64,000 nucleotides of DNA, taken from positions 1-64,000 of IMG/VR virus record IMGVR_UViG_3300046457_000175; one strand, 5' to 3'. Position numbers and translations under genes: made by a program. Under the pieces are notes generated by a model. It had not been told where the DNA came from. It ran no database searches and saw only the letters and a list, made by a program, of their open reading frames with translations. This DNA is from a virus. Numbering within the stretch: the first letter of the stretch is position 1; each line of letters starts with the position of its first letter. Below are positions 26,742 to 39,242 of this stretch, in pieces.

Positions 26742-27715
26742 GCAGCTTTCCTTAAGACGTCTAGCTCGATGAATTTGCGGTTCTGGCTCCAGCCGCGGAA
26801 ATTTCCGTGAAGGTGCGACTGCTGCCAGTATCCGACGCGGAACTCGCCATACGGCCCGATCTGACCCGGCACTCGGACGTCTGGCGTGGCCTGATGCTCA
26901 GCCGGTGAGGCGTGAAGCGGCCGGGCACCGACGAGGTCGTTGAACAGCGCGAGATCCTTGTGGACCTGCGGCTGCTTGCCTTCGTGGGTCAGGTAGGAGG
27001 TGCGAGCGCAACGGGCGACGGAGATTTTCTTCTGCGTATCCAGGTCGAGCCACTCCTGCTCGAACTCCGAGACGAACGGCAAATGCCATTGGCCCGGCTG
27101 CAACAGCTGTGGCTTGCTGTCGGCAAACGCTGCCTTGATCGCGATAGCCAGCGCCTGGATCTCCGGCTGCGCATCCTTGTGGTCACGCAGCTCGAAGAAG
27201 TTGTCCCAATCGGTCGCTGTGATCAGGACGTTGATGTGGGCGTAGGGCTCGAGAATGCGGTTGACGACCTGTTTGTGATAGCCGGCCTGGTCGTAGGCTC
27301 GTGCGAATGCGATGGCGTGGTCACGAGCCTCGCACCACATCTGCTGCGGCGACAGCAGCGATCCCATGAGGACGTTGTCGTTCGCGAAGGGATTCTTGAT
27401 GTAGTCGGTCAGCTCGATGTCGGCCTGCATGCCCTTCTGGTTTTTGCCCCAGTGGATCGGCATGGCCGTGTCGCGGATGATGTCGTCGATCAGACGCTGA
27501 ACCGGGATCGCGCGGGAACTGGAAGCGTTCCGAGACAAATTGCGGTCGTACATCAGGCCATCGTTGATCTCGATGATCATGTCGGGCGTCGAGCTGAGGA
27601 CGCGATGGGTCAGCTCTTCAGCGTGGATGAAGCGCGGGTAACGCGCGAGCACCGTCTTCAGTTCGATTTGCTGAGGTGAAACCGAATGCAAAACTTTAGT
27701 TGCAGAGACCGTCAT
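26738..27715 (-). CDS. thyX: Flavin-dependent thymidylate synthase
   Basis: YPRFIHAEELTHR, SRNASSSRAIP, NRILEPY, LR...DAQPEI, HASPAEHQA. Confidence 0.9.
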   Translation of the reverse strand: MTVSATKVLHSVSPQQIELKTVLARYPRFIHAEELTHRVLSSTPDMIIEINDGLMYDRNLSRNASSSRAIPVQRLIDDIIRDTAMPIHWGKNQKGMQADIELTDYIKNPFANDNVLMGSLLSPQQMWCEARDHAIAFARAYDQAGYHKQVVNRILEPYAHINVLITATDWDNFFELRDHKDAQPEIQALAIAIKAAFADSKPQLLQPGQWHLPFVSEFEQEWLDLDTQKKISVARCARTSYLTHEGKQPQVHKDLALFNDLVGARPLHASPAEHQATPDVRVPGQIGPYGEFRVGYWQQSHLHGNFRGWSQNRKFIELDVLRKAA

Positions 27716-27921
27716 AGGCTTGCATTCCCTTCAAGGTTGCGGTTAGCTTCTTCTTTGCTGTCGTATGGGCCAATGGCGTCCCAGCTGTAGCCTTCGCCGT
27801 CTGGCCCCATGTCGCCGTCGTCACGCGGCTCCATGCACAAGATCCACCAGCCAGACTGATCTTCACCGACATCCTCCGGCGGGAGGAACTTCACGATGGT
27901 TCTGGATAGCTCTACCGACAT
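27712..27921 (-). CDS. Hypothetical protein
   Basis: IGPYDSKEEA motif; coupled. Confidence 0.55.
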   Translation of the reverse strand: MSVELSRTIVKFLPPEDVGEDQSGWWILCMEPRDDGDMGPDGEGYSWDAIGPYDSKEEANRNLEGNASL

Positions 27922-27922
27922 G

Positions 27923-28411
27923 TCACGAGTCCTCAGGCGGGATCGGCACTGCCTTCAGGAGCAGATCGACCTGAGCCTTGAGCTGGCGGATCACATCGCG
28001 CTGAGCCCGGTTTTCAAAAAGCTTCTCGTTGTTGGACGAGATCAACTCCTTGATGCGGTCCTCCGCGAACGCCTCGCGGACGAACGACTCTTCGATCGCT
28101 TCGAGCAGGCGCGGCATTGAACGCATCAACCCGGTCAGGAAACGGGCGCGCTCGGCCGCATCAGGCGTGTTGCCTGTCATGGCCAGCACAAGGCCGGTCT
28201 TGCCGTTACGCACTGAGTGCATGACCGTCTTCTCGGGAAGCAAGGTCCGATCGCGCGTCTTCGAGAGATGGACCTGCATCTCGCCGATCTGTTCGTCATC
28301 GGTCAGCTCGGCTGAACCGACCCACTCCGGGTCTTCGACGAACCGAAGGAATTTCCTCGCCTCTCGAACGAACGAGAGCAGCTCTTGATCTGTGTTCTGC
28401 TTGTCTGACAT
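27923..28411 (-). CDS. Hypothetical protein with C-terminal coiled coil
   Basis: GGAG RBS before ATG at 28411. Confidence 0.6.
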   Translation of the reverse strand: MSDKQNTDQELLSFVREARKFLRFVEDPEWVGSAELTDDEQIGEMQVHLSKTRDRTLLPEKTVMHSVRNGKTGLVLAMTGNTPDAAERARFLTGLMRSMPRLLEAIEESFVREAFAEDRIKELISSNNEKLFENRAQRDVIRQLKAQVDLLLKAVPIPPEDS

Positions 28412-28533
28412 GGTCACTCCAAAAATTGACAAATAGAAAAGACGTCTATCGGAACCGCCCCGGTCACCCAATCGAGTGCCGGGGCTTTGCATGGAGGCAA
28501 TCCATGCAATCCGTTGTGTTGTCGCGGAGGTCG

Positions 28534-29421
28534 TTACTTCGGCTGAACGAGCTTCGCGATGTCGGGCTTGGCGTTGGCGAAACCGTCGACGATCTTCTCG
28601 AAGTCGTTACTGTGAGCTGAGATCCAGTCGCGGTTGGCAACGAACACGGCATCGACCTGGATCGTGTCGACCGCCTTCGAACCACCGAACATGCCGGTGG
28701 GCTGGATGCCCTTGTAGGTGTTGGCCGGGATCTCGCCGTAGGTGTAGACGGGCTGACCGCGGCTATCCTTGGCGTTCTTGGTCATGTCGCGGTCGTCGGT
28801 GGCAACCAAGCCAACGCTGTCTGCATACTTCGGCGCTTCGTTCTTGAGGAACGGGGCGTTCAAAGCCGTGACGATCAGGGCACACTGCACTTCCGAACCG
28901 TCGTTGACGGCACTGAGCGCGAGGGTGCCGGCGAGGTCAGAGGTGCGAACCTTGCCGTAGCGAGCCTTGTCCGCCGCGACGAATGCGGCCCAGGTCGTGT
29001 TGGCGCCCGAACCTTCGGGACCGATGGCGACCGTGAAGTTGGAGTTCAGGTCGACCATGCGGGCGGAGGTGTATGCCTTGCGGTTGCAGATCAGGTTCGC
29101 TTGCTCCTGGTAGAGCACGCCGGCACGCTGCAGCGCCGAGATCGCCTTGGCGTTGCGACCCGAGTAGACGAGCAGGGCGTCGGACTGAACGAACGCGCCG
29201 TCGCATTCGCCCGCCGTGACCTTGTCGAGGTTGTCCAGCGAACCCTTGGTCTCGATGACCTCGACCGCGGTGGCGTGGCGCTTCAGGTGCTGGCCGGCAG
29301 CGAAGTAGTTGAGCTTCTGGTTGCCGGTGCAAAGGCGGAACTTGGTCGGCGCATCAGCAGCGATGGTGGGTGCGGTCATCGCACCGAGAGCGAGAGCTGC
29401 GATCAGGAAAAGCTTCTTCAT
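28534..29421 (-). CDS. TAXI-family TRAP substrate-binding-like protein
   Basis: Signal peptide; TG...NY, ET.GS.DN, VQSDA, LYQE, IGPEGSG...T, DTIQVDAVFV. Confidence 0.85.
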   Translation of the reverse strand: MKKLFLIAALALGAMTAPTIAADAPTKFRLCTGNQKLNYFAAGQHLKRHATAVEVIETKGSLDNLDKVTAGECDGAFVQSDALLVYSGRNAKAISALQRAGVLYQEQANLICNRKAYTSARMVDLNSNFTVAIGPEGSGANTTWAAFVAADKARYGKVRTSDLAGTLALSAVNDGSEVQCALIVTALNAPFLKNEAPKYADSVGLVATDDRDMTKNAKDSRGQPVYTYGEIPANTYKGIQPTGMFGGSKAVDTIQVDAVFVANRDWISAHSNDFEKIVDGFANAKPDIAKLVQPK

Positions 29422-29454
29422 GTAGTGCTCCTTGAAAACCCGTTTGCAGGGTCA

Positions 29455-29470
29455 GTTGCATTCAAACAAA
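29455..29470 (-). promoter_or_regulatory. Operator-like motif copy 7 (top strand GTTGCATTCAAACAAA)
   Basis: Upstream of TAXI gene. Confidence 0.65.
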
Positions 29471-29480
29471 CGCGAGGGGA

Positions 29481-29594
29481 CTAAAAAAACCAGCGGAGGA
29501 GGGGGTACCTACGGGCCGCCTTGAAGACGATGGTGCCGAAGTAGATCACTCCCAGGCCGCCGAGGGCGTGGTTCAAGAGAAGTGCGACGATCAT
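29481..29594 (-). CDS. 37-aa membrane microprotein (MIVALLLNHALGGLGVIYFGTIVFKAARRYPLLRWFF), absent from ORF track
   Basis: Manual translation; begins 2 nt after upstream stop. Confidence 0.5.
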   Translation of the reverse strand: MIVALLLNHALGGLGVIYFGTIVFKAARRYPLLRWFF

Positions 29595-29596
29595 GA

Positions 29597-29986
29597 TCAG
29601 GACTCGATGGTCTTGGGCAGACCCGTTGCCTCGTTGTAGGTCTGGTCGGGGCGACGCGCGAGGCGGGTCGGGTCCTCACCGTTCATCAGAAGCCGCTTGA
29701 TCTCCTGGATCAGGAAGGTCACGCCGACAACGATGTTGGGGATATCGCCTCCGTAGCTGCGGAAACCGCTCCAGTCCTGCGGATAGCAGTCCGGGACCTC
29801 GTTGAAGGCGCCCGGATATTCGAAGCGCCGATCGAAGGTGGCTTCGAGCTGTGCGAAACCGCCAGCGAAGAGTTGGCCGTTCTGGATGTCGGTTCTGTTG
29901 GAGGCGTCGCCCCACATCCCGTTCTGCAGACCCAGCTCACCCATGACGAGTTCGAGGGCCTTCTTCTCAGCTTCATTTGCGTTCAA
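29597..29986 (-). CDS. Hypothetical protein
   Basis: AAGGAG RBS near start. Confidence 0.6.
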   Translation of the reverse strand: MNANEAEKKALELVMGELGLQNGMWGDASNRTDIQNGQLFAGGFAQLEATFDRRFEYPGAFNEVPDCYPQDWSGFRSYGGDIPNIVVGVTFLIQEIKRLLMNGEDPTRLARRPDQTYNEATGLPKTIES

Positions 29987-30010
29987 AGTCAGTCTCCTTT
30001 GCAGTTGTTA

Positions 30011-30026
30011 TTTGCATTCAAGCGCG
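30011..30026 (-). promoter_or_regulatory. Operator-like motif copy 8 (top strand TTTGCATTCAAGCGCG)
   Basis: Intergenic. Confidence 0.65.
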
Positions 30027-30052
30027 TAAGAAAGCAAGCGAAAACTTGCGGC

Positions 30053-30466
30053 TCAGTACTTCTTTCCGCCTTTTTTGACGCGGTTCTCGGCCTTGTGGTC
30101 GGGCCGCACCAGGTTGAAGGCAGACTTCTCACGGGCTGCGGCGCCGAGACTGAGCGTCAGGGCTCCGCCGAGGTCACCGATCCGGATCAGCGCGTCCGCC
30201 AGCTCCACCTCTATCCCCTTGCGGTGGGGCAGCTTGTCGTCCATCTCGTCCTTGCGGTCGGCTTCCATCGCCTCGCAAAGCTCGCTGACGGTCAGCATCA
30301 GCTTGGTCGGAACGATCAGATCCTTGCCGCGGAGGTCTTCTCCGGTGATCGGATCGATCCACCAGTGCTTGTTCATCTTGTGGCAGATAGCCACAAGGGC
30401 GTTGACCGATCTCTCCAGTTCGATCAGGTCGGCCTCTGTAAAGTTGTCGTTCGCTACGGTCGTCAT
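30053..30466 (-). CDS. MazG-like / all-alpha NTP pyrophosphohydrolase
   Basis: KLML.VSELCEAMEA.RK...ELADALIRIGDL. Confidence 0.85.
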   Translation of the reverse strand: MTTVANDNFTEADLIELERSVNALVAICHKMNKHWWIDPITGEDLRGKDLIVPTKLMLTVSELCEAMEADRKDEMDDKLPHRKGIEVELADALIRIGDLGGALTLSLGAAAREKSAFNLVRPDHKAENRVKKGGKKY

Positions 30467-30792
30467 GACGCCTCCTTAAAACGGAACTCGTCAGCAAGGT
30501 CCTCGAACATCCGGACGACCTCTTTCTGGTTGCGCCCGGTCTGATCGTTCCAATCGAATGGGTGCTTGCCCAGCTGACCTTTGATCAGGGGGACGAAGCG
30601 CGCATACGCGCCTCGATCTTCTTCGCCAGCTGCTCTTCTGATGCAGCCCTCGATGTCGAAGGCCTTGGCTTGGCGGCTGAATACCGGGACCGGCTTGCCT
30701 TGCCGATCCCTCGCAAGTGTCTTCTGAGTCCAGCGACCGGGCTTGGAGAACATCAGGAGACAGCGCTCAATGACCTCCAGCTCGGTGAACAT
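30463..30792 (-). CDS. Hypothetical phage protein
   Basis: RWTQKTLARD..G...FD.EG...WND..GR...EV pattern. Confidence 0.6.
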   Translation of the reverse strand: MFTELEVIERCLLMFSKPGRWTQKTLARDRQGKPVPVFSRQAKAFDIEGCIRRAAGEEDRGAYARFVPLIKGQLGKHPFDWNDQTGRNQKEVVRMFEDLADEFRFKEAS

Positions 30793-30876
30793 CAATGACC
30801 TGCCAGACCGCGGGCTATCCCGTAGAAACATAGAATCCAAACGAGCAGCACCGCAGTCCATTTCAGTTGATCGGCG

Positions 30877-31536
30877 TCAGGCAGCCGCATCAGCAACTAC
30901 AGCCTGTTTCCAGCGCCAGAACAGGCCTACGAACAGCACCAGCACCATGCCAGCCAGCGATGTCGAGTAGTGGTGACCGAAGGACAACGGGTCCGCGGCG
31001 ATGATGCCACCAGCAACCCAACCCAGCAGGGCTGCACCAGCCCAGGTGAGGATCGGGAAGCGGCCGATGACCGTCGAGATGATGGCGCTGCCAGCGATCA
31101 CAAGCGGGATCGAGAGCAGGACACCGAGGGCCATCAGGAGCGTCTGGCCGTGAGAGAGCGCGGCGATTGCCATGACGTTGTCGAGGCTCATGCTCGCGTC
31201 TGCCACCGAGATGGTCCAGATCGCAGCAGCGAGGCTGATGACCTTCTTGGCCGGGCCGGCTTCGTCGTCACCGCCCATGAGCAGCTTGGCAGCCACCCAG
31301 AGCAGGAAGATGCCGCCCGCGATGCTCAATCCCGGAACGCCGAGGAGGAAGGAAGCGAAGAACGACATGATGACGCGCAGGCCAATGGCCGCCGCGGTGC
31401 CGCCGATGATGCCCCACTTCCGTTGGTTCTGCGGAAGCTGGTTACTGACGAGGGCGATGACGACTGCGTTGTCGCCGGAGAGGAGAAGGTCGATCCAAAC
31501 GATGCCGGCGAGTGCGGCCCAGAAGAGGCTGTCCAT
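30877..31536 (-). CDS. terC: TerC/YjbE-family integral membrane protein
   Basis: IDLLLSGDNAVVIAL, GLRV, ADASMSLDNVMAIAA, SIPL, AALLGWVAG. Confidence 0.92.
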   Translation of the reverse strand: MDSLFWAALAGIVWIDLLLSGDNAVVIALVSNQLPQNQRKWGIIGGTAAAIGLRVIMSFFASFLLGVPGLSIAGGIFLLWVAAKLLMGGDDEAGPAKKVISLAAAIWTISVADASMSLDNVMAIAALSHGQTLLMALGVLLSIPLVIAGSAIISTVIGRFPILTWAGAALLGWVAGGIIAADPLSFGHHYSTSLAGMVLVLFVGLFWRWKQAVVADAAA

Positions 31537-31597
31537 TGAAAACTCCGAATTGGGAAAGGGGCGGGCGGCCCGAAGACCGCCCGTAGTTCTCGTTCGC

Positions 31598-32035
31598 TTA
31601 GGCGGCGAGCAGTTTCTCGCTGTCGAGGCTGAGCAGCTTGCCGATGTCGGCGAGTACGACCTTCTCCTGGTCGCCGATGCCACCCTGATCCGCCGTGTCA
31701 GCAGCGATCATGAAGATGTCCTGGCGGACGGACACGTCGCGGGTCACGAGCGCCTCGATGAAGCGCTTGTTCTCCAGGCGGCCGGCGCGGGTCTTGGCGC
31801 GGCTGAGCGCGGCGGTGAGAGCCTCCTCGATCTGCGAGGAGTTGTAGGACGCCGAGACAATCGGGTTGGCCTGCATGCCGGACAGAGCGGCATCGATCTC
31901 GTTGTCGTCGATCGAGCCATCCGCAGCGGTCACGTTGGCGGCAGCCGAAGCCACGCCATTGAGGAACGCCTTGTCGCCGGCATAGCTGGTGATGGTCTTC
32001 TGCGCGCTCGCCATGAAGTTCTTGAAAAAGCTCAT
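31598..32035 (-). CDS. terB: TerB-family protein
   Basis: AADGSIDDNE...ADQGGIGDQEK.VL..I..LL. Confidence 0.85.
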   Translation of the reverse strand: MSFFKNFMASAQKTITSYAGDKAFLNGVASAAANVTAADGSIDDNEIDAALSGMQANPIVSASYNSSQIEEALTAALSRAKTRAGRLENKRFIEALVTRDVSVRQDIFMIAADTADQGGIGDQEKVVLADIGKLLSLDSEKLLAA

Positions 32036-32074
32036 CTGATTTCCTTTCGATTTGCAGGCTTCCGGCCTGCACGG

Positions 32075-32090
32075 TTTGCATTCATGCGCC
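32075..32090 (-). promoter_or_regulatory. Operator-like motif copy 9 (top strand TTTGCATTCATGCGCC)
   Basis: Upstream of terB. Confidence 0.65.
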
Positions 32091-32150
32091 GCACAGCGCA
32101 TGGGTAGTCGGCCGGACCCGTAGATCCGGCTGTCTCGTTGACTGCGACGA

Positions 32151-32275
32151 TCACATGTCGTGGATGCCGTAGTCGTTCTTGCCGCAGCGCGGGCAGGTCC
32201 AGCCATACCCGCCCCAGCTGTCGTCGCCGATCCGCTTGTGATCAAAGACGATGCAGAGCAAACGCCTGAGCCACC

Positions 32276-32279
<4 letters not shown>
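32151..32279 (-). CDS. 42-aa zinc-finger-like microprotein ([15 protein letters not shown]...CPRCG), absent from ORF track
   Basis: ATGA overlap with nrdJ stop; C...H and C..C pairs. Confidence 0.6.
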
Positions 32280-35707
<3,428 letters not shown>

Positions 35708-35710
35708 TCG

Positions 35711-35995
35711 TCACTCGTCTTTCGGGAGGAAAACACAGTACGGCCAGTCAGCCGGGATCGGGTCGTACTCGGACGTCGGCCGTGAAGGCGGCGCCCAATC
35801 ATTGATGCGGTAGATGTTGCCGGTCGCGGTCCGGAAGACGTTCGGCTCGATCTCCTCCACCACCTTCGCGGTGTAGATGAACCAGCCGTCGCTATACTGG
35901 CTCTTGATGTCGCCCCAGATCGTGCCGCGCAGCGAGAAGCCGCCGCCCGGAATGGAGACGCGCTGGGCCTTCTTCAGCGTGCCGCGGACCTGCAT
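35711..35995 (-). CDS. Hypothetical protein
   Basis: G.IWGD.K..YSDG..I.T..V motif. Confidence 0.6.
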   Translation of the reverse strand: MQVRGTLKKAQRVSIPGGGFSLRGTIWGDIKSQYSDGWFIYTAKVVEEIEPNVFRTATGNIYRINDWAPPSRPTSEYDPIPADWPYCVFLPKDE

Positions 35996-36337
35996 TTACC
36001 CGCCCCGCTTCTTGGATCGGTAGGGATAGGTCTTCGAGTACTCGACGCGCTGCTCGCGCTTCCTCGGGACGAACTTGATCGGATGCTTGGCCAGCTCCTT
36101 GAAGAGGGCTTCGATCTCGACCTTGTTGTTCTCGTCGCGGGGGTCGATCGCATTGAGCTTGCCAACGATGGTGTCGACGGCAGCCGCCTCGGCCTTGCGC
36201 AGGCAGCGACTGGTGTGGATAGCGTTGCCGATCGAGCTGTAGGTCCGCTTCCGCTTGACCTGACTGCCCTTCGACTGCTGCTGCACGAGCAAGCCGAACG
36301 CTCGCAAAATCCCGTCCTCGGTGCTTCTGACTTCCAT
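35996..36337 (-). CDS. Hypothetical basic protein
   Basis: GGA RBS. Confidence 0.55.
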   Translation of the reverse strand: MEVRSTEDGILRAFGLLVQQQSKGSQVKRKRTYSSIGNAIHTSRCLRKAEAAAVDTIVGKLNAIDPRDENNKVEIEALFKELAKHPIKFVPRKREQRVEYSKTYPYRSKKRGG

Positions 36338-36354
36338 GGTCCTATCTTCTCCGG

Positions 36355-36370
36355 TTTGCATTCAAGCAAG
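36355..36370 (-). promoter_or_regulatory. Operator-like motif copy 10 (top strand TTTGCATTCAAGCAAG)
   Basis: Between stop at 36373 and next start. Confidence 0.75.
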
Positions 36371-36372
36371 CT

Positions 36373-36594
36373 TCACGACATGTCTCGAATGCGGCGTCTA
36401 ATCTGTTGTCGTGCGTAGTTGGACGAGTACGGGGTCCGTGGGGACACGGCGACTGGCACCGACATCCAAATTCCCCTGACTCGAAACTCTATGAGGTGGT
36501 GCTTTTTGTCGCGGCCGAATGTGAAGGCGTCGATCTCCCCCGCATCCTTCAGCTCCTCAGCTACCTTCTTCACCTCTCGAACGTGATTTCGCAT
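36373..36594 (-). CDS. Hypothetical protein, possible HicA-like dsRBD fold
   Basis: GRDKKHHLIEF...VPVAVSP pattern. Confidence 0.4.
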   Translation of the reverse strand: MRNHVREVKKVAEELKDAGEIDAFTFGRDKKHHLIEFRVRGIWMSVPVAVSPRTPYSSNYARQQIRRRIRDMS

Positions 36595-37048
36595 CTTGCT
36601 TGCCCCGCTTTGGAAATGGCCTTGATTGCCACTTCTTCTTGCGCCGAGGCTGCTCAGGCGCCTCCGCTTCGGGGTCACCTTTGGCCAGCATTCGACGTCG
36701 AAAATCTTCGGTGTCTCTCGCTATCCGCTTGGTGCGGGCGATCTCCTGCACGTCACCGCGCGTCAGCTCCTCGCGGGAGCCGAACGTTTTCTTCGCGTGA
36801 CAATCTGTGTGCTTGGCAAAGATGAACTCCGGATCGTTGGACCGCGGAGTGACGTCCTTGGCTTCAGCGTCCCAGCACCTCAGCTGGATTGCGGGGACGT
36901 GGTCGAATTGGGTGTCGTCGAGCTTGCCCAGTCGCTGACCGCATTGGGTGCAGAGGCTGTGCTGTCTGATCACCACCTCAAGCTTCACGGTGACCGGGAT
37001 GGCCTTCCGGAAGCCTGTAGGAGGGGCAAGGTCGAGGACGCTGGGCAT
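36557..37048 (-). CDS. HNH-like nuclease
   Basis: CTQCG...QFDH.PAI...N....HTDCHAKKT. Confidence 0.72.
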   Translation of the reverse strand: MPSVLDLAPPTGFRKAIPVTVKLEVVIRQHSLCTQCGQRLGKLDDTQFDHVPAIQLRCWDAEAKDVTPRSNDPEFIFAKHTDCHAKKTFGSREELTRGDVQEIARTKRIARDTEDFRRRMLAKGDPEAEAPEQPRRKKKWQSRPFPKRGKQDAKSRSRGEEGS

Positions 37049-37060
37049 TTGCTTTTCCTA

Positions 37061-37076
37061 TTTGCATTCGAGCAAA
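37061..37076 (-). promoter_or_regulatory. Operator-like motif copy 11 (top strand TTTGCATTCGAGCAAA)
   Basis: 12 nt upstream of HNH start. Confidence 0.75.
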
Positions 37077-37091
37077 AGGTCAAGCAAATGT

Positions 37092-37343
37092 TTAGCCCTT
37101 CTTCAGTGCGGCTATCCGAGGATGGACTTTCGCCCCGTTCCGCCTGGCGACCTTCACCGCTGTCTCAAACGGCTCGGGCAGGGGGAGCGGAACTCTGCCG
37201 AGGCAGCCGTCCGGCGTCGGCTGATCTTGCTCCCAGCCTTTCTCGCGAGCACAGCCGTAGCTTTTCGGGCAGCCCTCGGGAGGGCAGTGCTTGCTGCCGT
37301 CCCTGTGGCAGAGCCATATGGTCCAATCATCTGCCTCAGCCAT
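37092..37343 (-). CDS. Hypothetical Cys-containing protein
   Basis: Coupled overlap. Confidence 0.5.
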   Translation of the reverse strand: MAEADDWTIWLCHRDGSKHCPPEGCPKSYGCAREKGWEQDQPTPDGCLGRVPLPLPEPFETAVKVARRNGAKVHPRIAALKKG

Positions 37344-37779
37344 CGCGGCGCTCCGGATCGATATAGAGCCGGTACTCCAGACCTTCGCGGTGCCACTGGC
37401 CGTCGCACACGGCGATGACCTTGTTGGCAGCGAGGAAATCCTCGTCGGTCATATCGTCGTATTCGTACAGCTCGCGCAGCTCCTTGGCCGGAACCAGGTC
37501 GCTGGTCCATTCCAGCTCAGCGTTACCGACCTTGATCCTGGCCATGTCGGTCAGGCTGTTCTCGACCTGCGAGATCGCGTGACGCAAGTCTGCAATCTCC
37601 GACAGGAGCAGAGCCGCATTGTTCGCGCCACCATTGGGATGGGCACTCAGGAAGCCGAAGCGGTCGACCTTACCCTTGGCTCTCAGGACTCTGCCGATGA
37701 CCTCGACAACCTCGCCGGCTTCTTCACCGAGGCGGTCGACCTTGCCTTGAGGCGTGGTGGGTAGGAGGTGCGGGTTCAA
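37336..37779 (-). CDS. Hypothetical protein with MazG-like N-terminal helices
   Basis: LGEEAGEVV...SEIADL. Confidence 0.5.
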   Translation of the reverse strand: MNPHLLPTTPQGKVDRLGEEAGEVVEVIGRVLRAKGKVDRFGFLSAHPNGGANNAALLLSEIADLRHAISQVENSLTDMARIKVGNAELEWTSDLVPAKELRELYEYDDMTDEDFLAANKVIAVCDGQWHREGLEYRLYIDPERRDG

Positions 37780-37997
37780 CGGACTTTCCTTTCCTTAATG
37801 CGAACAGAGATCGGCCAGCGAACATTGATCCGCCATTCGTGGCGCCAGCAGCGCCAATCGCCGAGCGGCTTGCACTCACCCCAATTCCACGTCACCCCCC
37901 AATCCCGATGGCTGATGTCTGGACCGATGATCACGACCCAGCCATCTCCATAGAACAGGTGGTGTGTGGCTCGATGCCATAGCAATTTCCAGTTCAT
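37776..37997 (-). CDS. Trp-rich hypothetical protein
   Basis: ATGA coupling both ends. Confidence 0.5.
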   Translation of the reverse strand: MNWKLLWHRATHHLFYGDGWVVIIGPDISHRDWGVTWNWGECKPLGDWRCWRHEWRINVRWPISVRIKERKVR

Positions 37998-38539
37998 GCC
38001 CGTGCCACCTTCAGTGCGGTTTCGAGCGCCACATGGACGCGCCGGTCGATCTCGTCGTTGGTGATGGAGTTGATCTTGCGGTTGATACGCTCGTCGATGT
38101 TGGCCAGAGCTTTCTCTTGGATGCGCTCGAAGGCGGCCTGTGCTGCCGCTGCTACCATCTGCTCGCCCGTGATGGCATATTCCTTCATGAGGGCACTGGT
38201 CTGCGCGCTCAGAGCTTCGTCCAGTTTCTTCTTTGCCTCGGGCTTGAGGGTGTAGGAGTCGCCGCGCCAGGCGTCTTTCTTGACGTTGACCAGGGCGTTC
38301 TCGAACATCTTCTCGAAGCGAGCCTTGAAGGCCTCGTTCTCCTTGACCAGGTCGATCAGGGTGTTGGCCTCGCCGCCGAAGACGGCCTGAATGACCTTCA
38401 GCACGTCCTTGTTGATGTAATTCTCGAACAGGCGACGGCAGATCTCCGCAATGACAGCCTGCTGCAGGTCCAGCTTGGCTTCCTCGGAGGCGAACAGCGC
38501 AGAGACGGCGCCGGCATCAAGTTTCAGTGCAACGGTCAT
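37994..38539 (-). CDS. Hypothetical helical protein
   Basis: AAGGA RBS; ATGA coupling. Confidence 0.6.
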   Translation of the reverse strand: MTVALKLDAGAVSALFASEEAKLDLQQAVIAEICRRLFENYINKDVLKVIQAVFGGEANTLIDLVKENEAFKARFEKMFENALVNVKKDAWRGDSYTLKPEAKKKLDEALSAQTSALMKEYAITGEQMVAAAAQAAFERIQEKALANIDERINRKINSITNDEIDRRVHVALETALKVARA

Positions 38540-38790
38540 TTCAGTTCCTTCATTTCGATGTCGACGAGTCCGTTGCCGGCGAGCCAAGCAAGGACGTTCA
38601 TGGCATTGAAGTGCCAGACCCTGGTGCCGTCTGGCTTGACGACGTTGAGCCTGCCTCGCGGAAATCGGGGAGGCGGCTTCCAGCCCTTCGGCGTGGTGAG
38701 CAAGATGCCAGCCTCCTTAGCCGGCATCTTGTTGGTGGTGTAGAAGTTGATGTTGTCGGCGCACTGCTTGGCGAGATCAGCGGGGTTCAT
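38536..38790 (-). CDS. Hypothetical protein
   Basis: Coupled. Confidence 0.55.
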   Translation of the reverse strand: MNPADLAKQCADNINFYTTNKMPAKEAGILLTTPKGWKPPPRFPRGRLNVVKPDGTRVWHFNAMNVLAWLAGNGLVDIEMKELK

Positions 38791-39242
38791 GCCGCGTCCT
38801 GCTTTGGAAAGCGCACCGCCAGCTCCGCCTTGACCCGGTCGATGACGCGGCCGGAGAAGTTGTCGGGATGGCGCGGATCGGTGATGAAGCCATCCGTCAG
38901 CTCGGCATCCTCAGCCTCGGTGTGCGGATTGTTCGCATGCCACATGCCGTAGTAGTTCCGGATCGACATCGGGGAGAACAGCAGACATCCGGCGTTCTCT
39001 GGAACATCGACCTTCGGCGCGAACGGCATCTGGCGATCCCCGATCGGCGGGAAGCGCCAGCTCCACGGATCGAGCCAGTTCCTCACGGCGACTGGATCGG
39101 CTGTGACGCGCTTGAGCACGTCGGCAACGATGCCGTCCTCGTCGAGGTACGAGCCGAACCACGGCTCTTTCTGCGGTTTTTCTTTCTTCCCGAGACCCCG
39201 CATCAGGTTCGAGAGCTTCAGAAGGGTGGCCAATACCATCAC
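38787..39242 (-). CDS. Hypothetical protein
   Basis: SIRNYYGMWH..NP..HPD..S motif. Confidence 0.6.
   Translation of the reverse strand: MMVLATLLKLSNLMRGLGKKEKPQKEPWFGSYLDEDGIVADVLKRVTADPVAVRNWLDPWSWRFPPIGDRQMPFAPKVDVPENAGCLLFSPMSIRNYYGMWHANNPHTEAEDAELTDGFITDPRHPDNFSGRVIDRVKAELAVRFPKQDAA

Noticed and set aside
12409-30466. Complete hypermodified-base pathway (Z-base purZ/datZ, or 7-deazaguanine dpdA/queCDE)
   Set aside because: The signature genes are absent from this window; the enzymes present are compatible with ordinary dNTP supply.
36373-36594. HicAB toxin-antitoxin pair
   Set aside because: Only a weak HicA-like pattern, and no HicB-like neighbour.
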